From: Castellaniella defragrans
Lineage (GTDB): Bacteria > Pseudomonadota > Gammaproteobacteria > Burkholderiales > Burkholderiaceae_B
DNA length: 24,000 nucleotides
Direction: 5' to 3'
NCBI RefSeq assembly: GCF_014203015.1
Contig: NZ_JACHIB010000004.1
Location: 131,454-155,453 of the forward strand
The notes beneath the pieces are model-generated. The model did no database searches and had not been told where the DNA came from. It saw nothing but the letters and a program-made list of their open reading frames with translations. Below, piece after piece: positions 5,750 through 17,555 of the stretch (positions are counted from its first letter, which is position 1; the number at the start of each line of letters is the position of its first letter). A program made the position numbers and the translations under genes.

Positions 5750-6328
5750 TCAATGCTGGATGCGCGTGCCCAGCACCGCCAGGAACTGGGCGATCCAGGC
5801 CGGATGCGCGGGCCAGGCCGGCGCGGTCACCAGGTTGCCGTCCGTGTGGGCCTGGTCCACCGCGATGTCGGCATAGCGGCCGCCCGCGAGGCGGACCTCG
5901 GCCGCGCAGGCCGGATAGGCGGAGCAGGTGCGGCCCTGCAGCACGCCGGCCGCCGCCAGCAGCTGCGCGCCATGGCAGATCGCCGCGATGGGCTTGGCGG
6001 CGGCGTCGAAGTGCCGCACGATGGCCAGCACGCGCTCGTCCATGCGCAGGTACTCGGGCGCGCGCCCGCCGGGGATCACCAGCGCGTCGTAGGCCGCCGC
6101 GTCCACCGCGTCGAAATCGCGGTTGACGGTGAAGCGATGCCCGGGCTTTTCGCTGTAGGTCTGGGCGCCGTCGAAGTCGTGGACGGCGGTGGCCACCCAC
6201 TCGCCGGCCTTCTTCCCCGGGCACGCCGCATCGACCTCGTGGCCCACGGCCTTCAGCGCCTGGAACGGCACCATGACCTCGTAGTCCTCGACATAGTCGC
6301 CCACCAGCATCAGCAATTTCTTCGCCAT
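5750..6328 (-). CDS. DJ-1/PfpI family protein
   Basis: 192 aa from the ATG at 6328, with AGGAGA 6 nt upstream. Nucleophile-elbow motif [12 protein letters not shown], plus [13 protein letters not shown]. Confidence 0.85.
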   Translation of the reverse strand: MAKKLLMLVGDYVEDYEVMVPFQALKAVGHEVDAACPGKKAGEWVATAVHDFDGAQTYSEKPGHRFTVNRDFDAVDAAAYDALVIPGGRAPEYLRMDERVLAIVRHFDAAAKPIAAICHGAQLLAAAGVLQGRTCSAYPACAAEVRLAGGRYADIAVDQAHTDGNLVTAPAWPAHPAWIAQFLAVLGTRIQH

Positions 6329-6400
6329 CGTTCGTCTCCTGTAAAGTAGTCCCGGGCCGATGCCCGGCGCATGGATGCCGGCCGCCGAATTCCGCGTGCT

Positions 6401-6440
6401 CCCGCATGCGGGCTTCGCATGCGGATGTCGCCGCATGCAG
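6401..6440. promoter_or_regulatory. Cluster of CGCATGCG palindromes in the divergent DJ-1 / OYE intergenic region
   Basis: CCCGCATGCGGG (6401-6412) is a perfect 12-bp palindrome. It is followed by TCGCATGCGGA (6415-6425) and CCGCATGCAG (6431-6440). A separate direct repeat CCCATACCGCCGC x2 is at 6504-6516 and 6519-6531. Confidence 0.4.
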
Positions 6441-6605
6441 TCTGCGCATTCGGACGCCGCCTCCGCCCATTGTGGCGCCCCGGGCCGGCGCCCGGGTGGT
6501 ATTCCCATACCGCCGCACCCCATACCGCCGCGCGCCGGCCGCGCGGACCTTGGAAAACCCCGTTCCGGCCCCATGTATCCCTCGTTCAACTCCCGGAAGC
6601 CCCTC

Positions 6606-7676
6606 ATGCCCACTCTGTTCGATCCGCTCCAGCTCGGCGACCTGTCGCTGCCCAACCGCATCATCATGGCGCCCCTGACCCGCTGCCGGGCCGAGCCCGG
6701 GCGCGTGCCCGGCGAACTGATGGTCGAATACTATCGCCAGCGCGCCGGCGCCGGCCTGATCATCAGCGAAGCCACCGCCGTCACGCCGATGGGCGTGGGC
6801 TATCCGGACACGCCGGGCATCTGGTCGGACGCCCAGGTCGAAGGCTGGAAGAAAGTCACCGCCGCCGTGCACGCCGCCGGCGGGCGCATCTTCCTGCAGC
6901 TCTGGCACGTGGGCCGCATCTCCGACCCGCTGTATCTCGACGGCGCCCTGCCGGTCGCGCCCAGCGCCCTCCAGCCCGCCGGCACCGTCAGCCTGGTGCG
7001 TCCGAAGAAGGCCTACGTCACGCCCCGCGCCCTGGACGCCGGCGAAATCCCCGGCATCGTCGAGGCCTACCGGAAAGGCGCGGAAAACGCGCGCGCGGCG
7101 GGCTTCGACGGCGTGGAGATCCATGCCGCCAACGGCTACCTGATCGACCAGTTCCTGCAGAGCCGCAGCAACCGGCGCACCGACGCCTACGGCGGCCCGG
7201 TCGAGAACCGCGCCCGCCTGCTGCTGGAGATCACGGACGCGATCCTGGAGGTCTGGTCGCCCGGCCGGGTCGGTGTCCACCTCGCGCCCCGGGGCGACAG
7301 CCACGACATGGGCGACGACCGCCCCGAAGAAACCTTCGGCTATGTGGCCGAGGCGCTGGGCCGGCGCGGCATCGCCTTCCTGTGCCTGCGCGAACACGAG
7401 GGCCCGGACAGCCTGGCGCCGATGATGCGCGGGAAATTCCCGGGCCGATTCATCGCCAACGAGGCCTTCGACCAGGACAAGGCGGCCGATTGGCTGGCGC
7501 GGGGCCGCGCCGACGCGGTCGCCTTCGGCCGGCTGTTCATCGCCAACCCCGACCTGCCCGTCCGTTTCGCCCAGGGAGCGCCGCTGAACGACCCCCGGCC
7601 GGAACTGTTCTACGCCTCGGGCGCCGAGGGCTACACCGACTATCCGGCGCTGGAAGGCTGCGGGACCGCCGCCTGA
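6606..7676 (+). CDS. Old Yellow Enzyme family NADH:flavin oxidoreductase (N-ethylmaleimide reductase-like alkene reductase)
   Basis: 356 aa from the ATG at 6606 ([29 protein letters not shown]...), which aligns with the usual OYE N-terminus. Also has [37 protein letters not shown] and [13 protein letters not shown]. The ORF track starts earlier, at 6360; an alternative ATG is at 6573. Confidence 0.9.
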   Translation: MPTLFDPLQLGDLSLPNRIIMAPLTRCRAEPGRVPGELMVEYYRQRAGAGLIISEATAVTPMGVGYPDTPGIWSDAQVEGWKKVTAAVHAAGGRIFLQLWHVGRISDPLYLDGALPVAPSALQPAGTVSLVRPKKAYVTPRALDAGEIPGIVEAYRKGAENARAAGFDGVEIHAANGYLIDQFLQSRSNRRTDAYGGPVENRARLLLEITDAILEVWSPGRVGVHLAPRGDSHDMGDDRPEETFGYVAEALGRRGIAFLCLREHEGPDSLAPMMRGKFPGRFIANEAFDQDKAADWLARGRADAVAFGRLFIANPDLPVRFAQGAPLNDPRPELFYASGAEGYTDYPALEGCGTAA

Positions 7677-7718
7677 GGCGGCCATGAGGCAGCCCCGGCG
7701 GCGCGCCGCCGCGCGATC

Positions 7719-8345
7719 CTATGCCAGGCTGGCGTCGATCAGGCGCGCCGCCGCATCCGCCAGGTGCCGCGCCGGACCGTCCGCGCCGAACATCTGGCTG
7801 GACACGTAGGCGCCTTCCAGCAGGAGCTGCAGGCCGTCGCCCAGCGCCCCGGGATCGCGCGCGCCCATCTGCCGCGCCAGCTCGGCCAGGCGCGCGCGCA
7901 CCTTCCGCTTGTGCGCCACCGATACCAGCCGGGCGGGGTGATCGGGCTCGGGGTATTCGACGCAGGCGTTGGTCAGGCCGCAGCCCCGGTATCCCGGCAG
8001 GCCGGTCCGTTCGGCCAGCCCGGCGAAATAGGCCAGGACCTGCGCGCGCGGGTCGCCCGGATGGGCCTCGGCCGCCGCATCGAAGCGGCGCCAGAATTCC
8101 AGCTCGTAATCCCGCAGATAGGCCGCGGCCAGATCGTCCTTCGAGGCGAAGCTGCGATAAAGGCTGGGCTTGGTCACGCCCGCCTCGGCCACGATGGCAT
8201 CCACGCCCACCGCCCGGATCCCCTGATGGTAGAACAGGTCGCGCGCGCTGCTGCGGATGCGGTCGGCCGCGCGCGGCGACCCCGCCTTGGGAGCGGCGGA
8301 CGCCCGGCCCTCCGGACGCGGTCCGGCCTGCACTGTCTTTTTCAT
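7719..8345 (-). CDS. TetR/AcrR family transcriptional regulator
   Basis: 208 aa with N-terminal HTH RIRSSARDLFYHQGIRAVGVDAIVAEAGVTKPSLYRSFASKDDL. Divergent from the MFS gene. Confidence 0.9.
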   Translation of the reverse strand: MKKTVQAGPRPEGRASAAPKAGSPRAADRIRSSARDLFYHQGIRAVGVDAIVAEAGVTKPSLYRSFASKDDLAAAYLRDYELEFWRRFDAAAEAHPGDPRAQVLAYFAGLAERTGLPGYRGCGLTNACVEYPEPDHPARLVSVAHKRKVRARLAELARQMGARDPGALGDGLQLLLEGAYVSSQMFGADGPARHLADAAARLIDASLA

Positions 8346-8391
8346 GATTCCGCTCGATTCCGCCCGATTGATTCCTGATGCCTGATTCCGC

Positions 8392-8450
8392 TTGACGATG
8401 TTACTGACCGGTACGTATTATATCCCGTCCAGAACGTACCGGTCAGTAAC
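8392..8450. promoter_or_regulatory. Sigma-70-like promoter with paired 17-bp operators (putative TetR binding sites) for the MFS gene
   Basis: -35 TTGACG (8392-8397), 18-nt spacer, -10 TATTAT (8416-8421). Perfect inverted repeat GTTACTGACCGGTACGT (8400-8416) / ACGTACCGGTCAGTAAC (8434-8450), separated by 17 bp. Each arm is itself a 12/16 pseudo-palindrome centred on ACCGGT. The right arm ends 5 nt before the ATG at 8456. Confidence 0.65.
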
Positions 8451-8455
8451 ATACC

Positions 8456-9754
8456 ATGCCCTCTCCCGCGCGTCCCGCGAACTCCACCCTCGTGTCCCGC
8501 CTAGGCCAGCGCTACGCCTTCGTGGTGGTGGGCGTCATCTTCTTCTGCCTGCTGTTCTCCGCCGGGCTGCGCGCCACGCCCGGCGTGCTGCTGGATCCGC
8601 TGCACCAGGCCTTCGGCTGGAGCCGGGCGACCATCTCGCTGGCGGCCGCCCTCGGCATCTTCTTCTACGGCATGGCGGGGCCTTTCGCCGCCGCCGCCAT
8701 GGACCGTTTCGGCCTGCGCCGCGTGCTGCTGGCGGCCCTGGCCGTCATGGCGGCCTCCTCGGCCGCCAGCGCCTACATGACCCAGTCCTGGCACCTCGTC
8801 GCCCTGTGGGGCGTTTTCTCGGGGATCGGCTCGGGCGCCGTCGCCACGGTGCTGGGCGCCACCATCGCCAGCCGCTGGTTTCTCCGCCATCGCGGCCTGG
8901 CCATGGGCATCCTCACCGCCAGCACCGCCACCGGCAACCTCGTCTTCCTGCCCCTGCTCGCGGCGCTCGCCTCCTCGGGCGACTGGACGCGCGCGGTCTG
9001 GGCCGTGGCCATCGCCATGGTGGCCATGGTGCCGCTGGTCTGGCGGCTGGTGCCCGACAGTCCCGCCAGCGTGGGCCTGCTGCCCTACGGCAGCGACCCC
9101 GCCGATCCGCCCGCGCCTCCCGCGCCGCGCACCGGCCTGATCGCCGCCGCCTTCGGCGCGCTCGGGCGCGCCAGCCGCACCCGCGCCTTCTGGTTCCTGT
9201 TCGCCACCTTCTGGGTCTGCGGCTTCACCACCAACGGCCTGGTGGGCACGCACCTGATCGCAATGTGCGGCGACCACGGCATCCTCCCGGTCCAGGCCGC
9301 GGGCCTGCTCGCGCTGATGGGTGTGTTCGACCTGGTCGGCACCACGGCTTCCGGCTGGCTCACCGACCGCTACGATCCGCGCAAGCTGCTCTTCGTCTAC
9401 TACGGCCTGCGCGGCGTCTCGCTGATGGTGCTGCCCTACACCGATTTCTCGCTCTACAGCCTGTCCATCTTCGCCATCTTCTACGGCCTGGACTGGATCG
9501 CCACCGTGCCGCCCACCCTGCGCCTGGCCACCGACGTCTTCGGCGAGCGCGACGCCCCGGTGGTCTTCGGCTGGATCGTCGCCGGCCACCAGATCGGCGC
9601 CGCCACGGCGGCCTGGATGGGCGGCTTCATCCGCGAGGCGTCCGGCAGCTACCTGCTGGCCTTCGTGCTTTCGGGCGCCACCGGCCTCGTCGCCGCCGTG
9701 ATCGCGCTGCTGATCAAGCGCCAGCGCGTGGCGATAGGGCTGGCGGCGGCTTGA
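8456..9754 (+). CDS. MFS transporter
   Basis: 432-aa polytopic protein with about 12 hydrophobic segments, MFS-like loop motifs (MDRFGLRRV, DRYDPRKLL) and GC3-rich codons. Confidence 0.9.
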   Translation: MPSPARPANSTLVSRLGQRYAFVVVGVIFFCLLFSAGLRATPGVLLDPLHQAFGWSRATISLAAALGIFFYGMAGPFAAAAMDRFGLRRVLLAALAVMAASSAASAYMTQSWHLVALWGVFSGIGSGAVATVLGATIASRWFLRHRGLAMGILTASTATGNLVFLPLLAALASSGDWTRAVWAVAIAMVAMVPLVWRLVPDSPASVGLLPYGSDPADPPAPPAPRTGLIAAAFGALGRASRTRAFWFLFATFWVCGFTTNGLVGTHLIAMCGDHGILPVQAAGLLALMGVFDLVGTTASGWLTDRYDPRKLLFVYYGLRGVSLMVLPYTDFSLYSLSIFAIFYGLDWIATVPPTLRLATDVFGERDAPVVFGWIVAGHQIGAATAAWMGGFIREASGSYLLAFVLSGATGLVAAVIALLIKRQRVAIGLAAA

Positions 9755-9811
9755 GGGCGTGTCGTTCAGGCCATAGCGCATCGGACATGGCGCCGCCCCA
9801 GCGCTTATGAT

Positions 9812-9898
9812 TCCGATACCATCATCCTGTATCGCAGAGCGGAGCGCGGCTTTTTCGTGTACGGATTCGCCAAAAGCGACCACGACAACATCGCGCCC
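9812..9898 (+). pseudogene. Remnant of a RelE/ParE-superfamily toxin gene (DUF1044/PF06296-like), about 28 codons
   Basis: This frame translates to SDTIILYRRAERGFFVYGFAKSDHDNIAP. It matches my recollection of the conserved core of these toxins (...R.I.. YR.GD.AFF.YGFAKNERDNI...). There is no start codon, no matching N-terminal part, and the reading frame runs into the terminator and tRNA. Confidence 0.45.
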
Positions 9899-9910
9899 TG
9901 CGCGAACCCC

Positions 9911-9952
9911 AAAAAACGAACAGGCCCTGGGAATCCAAGGGCCTGTCGTTTT
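9911..9952. terminator. Bidirectional rho-independent terminator
   Basis: AAAAAACGAA-CAGGCCC(9921-9927)-TGGGAATCCAA-GGGCCTG(9939-9945)-TCGTTTT. The A-run on one side and T-run on the other give a U-tract on either strand. It lies 6 nt downstream of the tRNA 3' end on the minus strand. Confidence 0.75.
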
Positions 9953-9956
9953 GAAA

Positions 9957-10048
<92 letters not shown>

Positions 10049-10250
10049 GGGTACGACGCATTGCGAGTCGAGTCGCGCATCATAGCATGAATCCAGACGC
10101 ATCGTTCCGGGCCGGCCCGCCACGCCCACGGGCTTTGAGCCGGGTCAACGCATGCCGGCGGGCACGTCGCGCCCCGTGTCGCGCCCCGTTGCCCGCCCCC
10201 GCCTTCTGGCCTATAGTGGATTCAGGCATCAACGCAGCCGGGGGTCCGCC

Positions 10251-10619
10251 ATGAACATCCAAGCCCTGCATTTCGTGCTCGACGTCGACGGCAACGGTTC
10301 GGTCGCCGGCTGGGAGGTCATCGATGCCCTGAAATGGGCCTTCTCCCTGCCCGGCCGCCTGATGGTCGAAGGCCTGGGAAACATCCCCTTCATCGCCGAC
10401 ACCTTCGGCATCCGGGCCTCGGCCGCGACTGGCTATGCCAGTTTCCACAGCCTGCTGGCCACGGTCCTGACCCTGCTGTTCTGGGTGGGCTGCCTGGTCC
10501 TGGTCACGCGCATCGGCGCCGACCGGAAAGCGCCCGATGCGGCCGCCTCCGACACGGCGGCGGCCCCGGGCACGCCCGGCATGCCGCGCTACCGCGGCCC
10601 GAAGGCCCGCAAGACCTAG
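10251..10619 (+). CDS. Hypothetical small membrane protein with EF-hand-like loop
   Basis: 122 aa from the ATG at 10251 (the track ORF begins at 10152). DVDGNGSVAGWE fits the 12-residue EF-hand loop pattern (D-x-D-x-N-G-x-V-x-x-x-E). One clear hydrophobic helix (LLATVLTLLFWVGCLVLV) and a basic C-terminal tail. GC3-rich codons support coding. Confidence 0.55.
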   Translation: MNIQALHFVLDVDGNGSVAGWEVIDALKWAFSLPGRLMVEGLGNIPFIADTFGIRASAATGYASFHSLLATVLTLLFWVGCLVLVTRIGADRKAPDAAASDTAAAPGTPGMPRYRGPKARKT

Positions 10620-10713
10620 GCTCGACGGAAGGCTTCCGGCGCACCGGCCGCGCAGGCCGGTCCTCAACCATGCGCCGGAACCCATCCGCCGAACGGGCGC
10701 CCCGCCCGGCCGC

Positions 10714-12153
<1,440 letters not shown>

Positions 12154-12176
12154 TCATCAGGAAAGGAGTCTTCCCC

Positions 12177-12776
12177 ATGTCCAAAGTGCTGGTGCTCTAC
12201 CACTCGACCTACGGTCACATCGAAACCATGGCCCAGGCCGTCGCCGAAGGCGCCCGCTCGACGGGCGCCACCGTCGACATCAAGCGCGTGCCCGAGCTGG
12301 TCCCCGAGGACGTGGCGCGCAAGTCCGGCTACAAGCTCGACCAGGCCGCGCCCGTGGCCCAGGTCCAGGACCTGGCCGACTACGACGCCATCCTGATCGG
12401 CTGCGGCACCCGCTTCGGGCGCATGTGCTCGCAGATGGCGAACTTCCTCGACCAGGCGGGCGGCCTGTGGGCCAGCGGCCAGCTGAACGGCAAGGTGGGC
12501 GCTGCCTTCACCAGCACCGCCACGCAGCACGGCGGCCAGGAAATGACACTGTTCTCCATCATCGCCAACATGCTGCATTTCGGCTTCGTGGTGGTGGGCC
12601 TGCCTTACAGCTTCCAGGGCCAGATGCGCCTGGACGAAGTCACCGGCGGGGCGCCCTACGGCGCCTCCACCATCGCCGGCGGCGACGGCTCGCGCAAGCC
12701 CTCCGCCAACGAACTGGACGGCGCGCGCTTCCAGGGCCGGCACGCGGCGGAGATCGCCAACAAGCTGTTCGGCTGA
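12177..12776 (+). CDS. wrbA: NAD(P)H:quinone oxidoreductase, WrbA type (flavodoxin-like)
   Basis: 199 aa from the ATG at 12177, with AAAGGAG 8 nt upstream. [26 protein letters not shown]..., GCGTRFGRM and GGQEMTL are typical of WrbA. Confidence 0.9.
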   Translation: MSKVLVLYHSTYGHIETMAQAVAEGARSTGATVDIKRVPELVPEDVARKSGYKLDQAAPVAQVQDLADYDAILIGCGTRFGRMCSQMANFLDQAGGLWASGQLNGKVGAAFTSTATQHGGQEMTLFSIIANMLHFGFVVVGLPYSFQGQMRLDEVTGGAPYGASTIAGGDGSRKPSANELDGARFQGRHAAEIANKLFG

Positions 12777-12794
12777 GCCCTTGGCCCTTGGCCC

Positions 12795-14093
12795 TCAGCG
12801 GTAGACGGGCAGGACGTCCAGCACGTCGGGCGACAGCAGGTGGAAGGCCGCCGTCACCACGCCATAGAGCCAGACGACCCGGACCAGCCTCAATCCCGGG
12901 CCGGCCCGCTCCCCGCGGGGTGGGACCGGCCGGCCGGCACCGCCGCGCAGGAACTTCCATTCCATGGCGGCGGGGATGATCACCGACCAGATGGCGGCGG
13001 CAAAGCCGGCGAAGCCGATGGCGATGATGAACCCATCCGGGAACATCACGCCCGCCAGCACCGGCGGCGCGAAGGTGACGATCGAGGTCTTGAGCCGGCC
13101 CTGCTGCGTATCGTCGAACCCGCATGCGTCGGCAATGTAGTCGAACAGCCCCAGGCCCGCGCCCAGGAACGACGTCACCACGGCGAGGAAAGCGAAGACC
13201 GACACGAAATGCCCGACCCAGGCGCCCGGAATGATCGTGTCCACGGCCGCCAGGAAGTGGCTGATGTTCCCTCCCTGGGCGTACACCTCGCGCAGCGGCT
13301 CCCGGCCCAGCACGCCGAAGCCCACCAGGATCCAGAGGGCGTAAAACGCCGCCGCGATCAGCAGCCCGTAGAGGATGCAGGCCTTGATGCGCCGCACGTC
13401 CGTGCCATAGTATTTGACCAGGCTCGGCACGCTGGCGTGGAAGCAGAACGAGGTCAGGAAATACGGCAGCGCGGCCAGGACGAACCAGGCGCTTGCCGAC
13501 GCGCCCGGCCCGCCCGGCGCGGCGGGCGATGCCGGGGCCGATAGCCACAGGTTCTCGAACCGGAACGCCGGCAGCATGCCCGAGACCGCCACGGCGAAGG
13601 TCACGACCATCCCCACGACCAGGACCACCGACAAGCGGTCCACCACCCGCGTGCTCCAGAAGATGCAGAACGCCAGCGCCAGGGCGAAGCACAGGCTGAC
13701 GATGCCCTGCGGCAGGGACAAACCCAGGCTGTGCTTCAAGGTGGCGCCGCCGCCGCTGGTATAGGCGTACATCAGCATGTACAGCACGAATCCGACGGAC
13801 ACGCCGTTGACGACGTTCCACACCGGCCCCAGCGTCCCCCGCACCAGGGTGTCGAAACTGGCCCCCGGGCCGAACCGCACATTGGCCCGCAGGATCATGT
13901 GGGCGCTGGACAGCATCAGGAAGAAGGACGCGGCCAGGACCAGCAAGGCCCAGCCGGTCCACATGCCCGCCGAAATGATGGGCAGGGCCAGCATGCCGGC
14001 GCCGATCACGGTGCCGGCCACGATCATCACGCCGCCGACCACCGACGGCGCCGCCCCGCCCGATGCGGGGCTAGCATTCTTCTTCTCCACCAT
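12795..14093 (-). CDS. Aromatic amino acid permease, HAAAP family (TyrP/Mtr/TnaB-like)
   Basis: 432 aa. N-terminal GGVMIVAGTVIGAGMLALP matches the HAAAP signature (compare TyrP ...FIVAGTTIGAGMLAMP). About 11 TM segments. Immediately downstream of tpl on the same strand. Confidence 0.85.
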   Translation of the reverse strand: MVEKKNASPASGGAAPSVVGGVMIVAGTVIGAGMLALPIISAGMWTGWALLVLAASFFLMLSSAHMILRANVRFGPGASFDTLVRGTLGPVWNVVNGVSVGFVLYMLMYAYTSGGGATLKHSLGLSLPQGIVSLCFALALAFCIFWSTRVVDRLSVVLVVGMVVTFAVAVSGMLPAFRFENLWLSAPASPAAPGGPGASASAWFVLAALPYFLTSFCFHASVPSLVKYYGTDVRRIKACILYGLLIAAAFYALWILVGFGVLGREPLREVYAQGGNISHFLAAVDTIIPGAWVGHFVSVFAFLAVVTSFLGAGLGLFDYIADACGFDDTQQGRLKTSIVTFAPPVLAGVMFPDGFIIAIGFAGFAAAIWSVIIPAAMEWKFLRGGAGRPVPPRGERAGPGLRLVRVVWLYGVVTAAFHLLSPDVLDVLPVYR

Positions 14094-14159
14094 GAGTCTC
14101 CATTGATTATTGATCGTGCATGATGCGCCGCCGCCCCTCCGGCGCGGCGGCGGACGCGC

Positions 14160-16285
<2,126 letters not shown>

Positions 16286-16415
16286 CCAACGATTGACGAA
16301 TTATGTTTCCGTCATTGGATGAAGATTAGCATCTGCAACCCTTCAAATCAGTAGCATGGGCTACACGCCGCGCGCTTCCGGGCCCGGCATGCGGCGGAAG
16401 GGGCGAGCCTCGGGC

Positions 16416-17522
16416 TCAGGCGAGCGCTCCCGCCTGCCGGGAGTGGATCAGATCGCCCTGTTCCAGCACGAACCGGTCCACCATGGCGGCGATGAACTGC
16501 CGGATGTCGAATTCCGTGCGCAAGGGCTGGCGCCCCACCCGCTCGATCAGGTACATGACGCGGCACATCACGGGGCTGACGATCCGCCGCATCTCGAATT
16601 CCCCCGACTGCAATTCGGCCATGACCGAGCCGCGGGGCAGGATGCCCGCCGCCCCGCCGTGCGCGATGATGCCCTTCATCATGGAATTGGACGAGGCCTC
16701 GAAGGCCACGTTGAAGGGATAGCCGAGGCGGCGCGCCTGGGCCTCGATCAATTTGCGCAAGGGATCGCGGCCCTCCGCCAGGACCAGCGGATGGGAGACG
16801 GCTTCCTTCAGGGTGATCGATACCGCGCCGGCGCCGAACATCCAGGAGGACGTCCGCGGGGAGGCAACGAACACCAGTTCCTCCTGAAGCAGCTCGATGC
16901 TGCGCAGTTCGGGAAAATCGCTGACGTCGTAGGCCAGCGCCAGATCGACGTCCCCCCGCTCCACGGCGCCGGCCAGGGCATAGCTCATCTGCTCCACCAG
17001 GCTCAGGTGCACCGAGGGCAGCGTTTCCCGGGCATGCACCAGCAGGCTGCTGCCGAGCACGTTCGCAATGCTGGGCGTGACGCCGAACACCAGGCTTTCG
17101 GGCTTCACGTCCGCCAGCGCCATCACGTCCCGGCGGGCGGATTCGAGATCCTGCAGGATGGACAGCGCCTTCCGGTACAGGAGATCCCCTGCCGGGGTGG
17201 TGCGGACGCCCCGGGAATGGCGTTCCAGCAGCGTGACGCCGAGTTCCTCTTCCAGCAGGCGCATCTGCGAGCCCACGGCCGGCTGCGCCACGTACAGCTG
17301 GCGGGCTGCCCGCGTGATGCTGCCGGCCTCCACGATGCGGGTGAAATAGCGAAGCTGGCGCAGGTTGATGACGGCCTCCTGAACGAAGCATGTCAGAACA
17401 TGGACACAGGGCCACGGCCGGCCCGAGGAAGGCGTGAGGCCACTATAGCACGAGCCATACAAAATTCTTTGAGCAGGGCAAGAAAAGCCGTTCTGGACGC
17501 CCGCCATGCCTGTTCTTAACAT
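16416..17522 (-). CDS. LysR family transcriptional regulator (true start probably well inside this ORF, near 17369)
   Basis: The conserved LysR N-terminus INLRQLRYFTRIVEAGSITRAARQLYVAQPAVGSQMRLLEEELG begins at codon ATC 17369-17367, which is preceded by AGGAGG with a 5-nt spacer. The nearest canonical in-frame starts are TTG 17462, ATG 17507 and ATG 17522, and they would add 31-51 non-homologous residues. The coordinates given are the maximal ORF. Confidence 0.85.
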   Translation of the reverse strand: MLRTGMAGVQNGFSCPAQRILYGSCYSGLTPSSGRPWPCVHVLTCFVQEAVINLRQLRYFTRIVEAGSITRAARQLYVAQPAVGSQMRLLEEELGVTLLERHSRGVRTTPAGDLLYRKALSILQDLESARRDVMALADVKPESLVFGVTPSIANVLGSSLLVHARETLPSVHLSLVEQMSYALAGAVERGDVDLALAYDVSDFPELRSIELLQEELVFVASPRTSSWMFGAGAVSITLKEAVSHPLVLAEGRDPLRKLIEAQARRLGYPFNVAFEASSNSMMKGIIAHGGAAGILPRGSVMAELQSGEFEMRRIVSPVMCRVMYLIERVGRQPLRTEFDIRQFIAAMVDRFVLEQGDLIHSRQAGALA

Positions 17523-17555
17523 AAATCAATCTTTAAGCCCCCCAAGGACGGTTCC

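Noticed and set aside
5592-7685. Upstream 698 codons of the 819-aa minus-strand ORF (5226-7685)
   Set aside because: It is Gly/Arg/Ala/Pro-rich with no recognisable domains. It is antisense to the well-supported OYE gene and off-frame through the DJ-1 gene. Only the last 121 codons (RHH protein, own ATG at 5591) look real.
12777-12794. GCCCTTG GCCCTTG GCCC tandem heptamer filling the 18-nt gap between convergent wrbA and the permease gene
   Set aside because: It is too short to interpret, is not a palindrome or terminator, and is probably slippage-derived filler.
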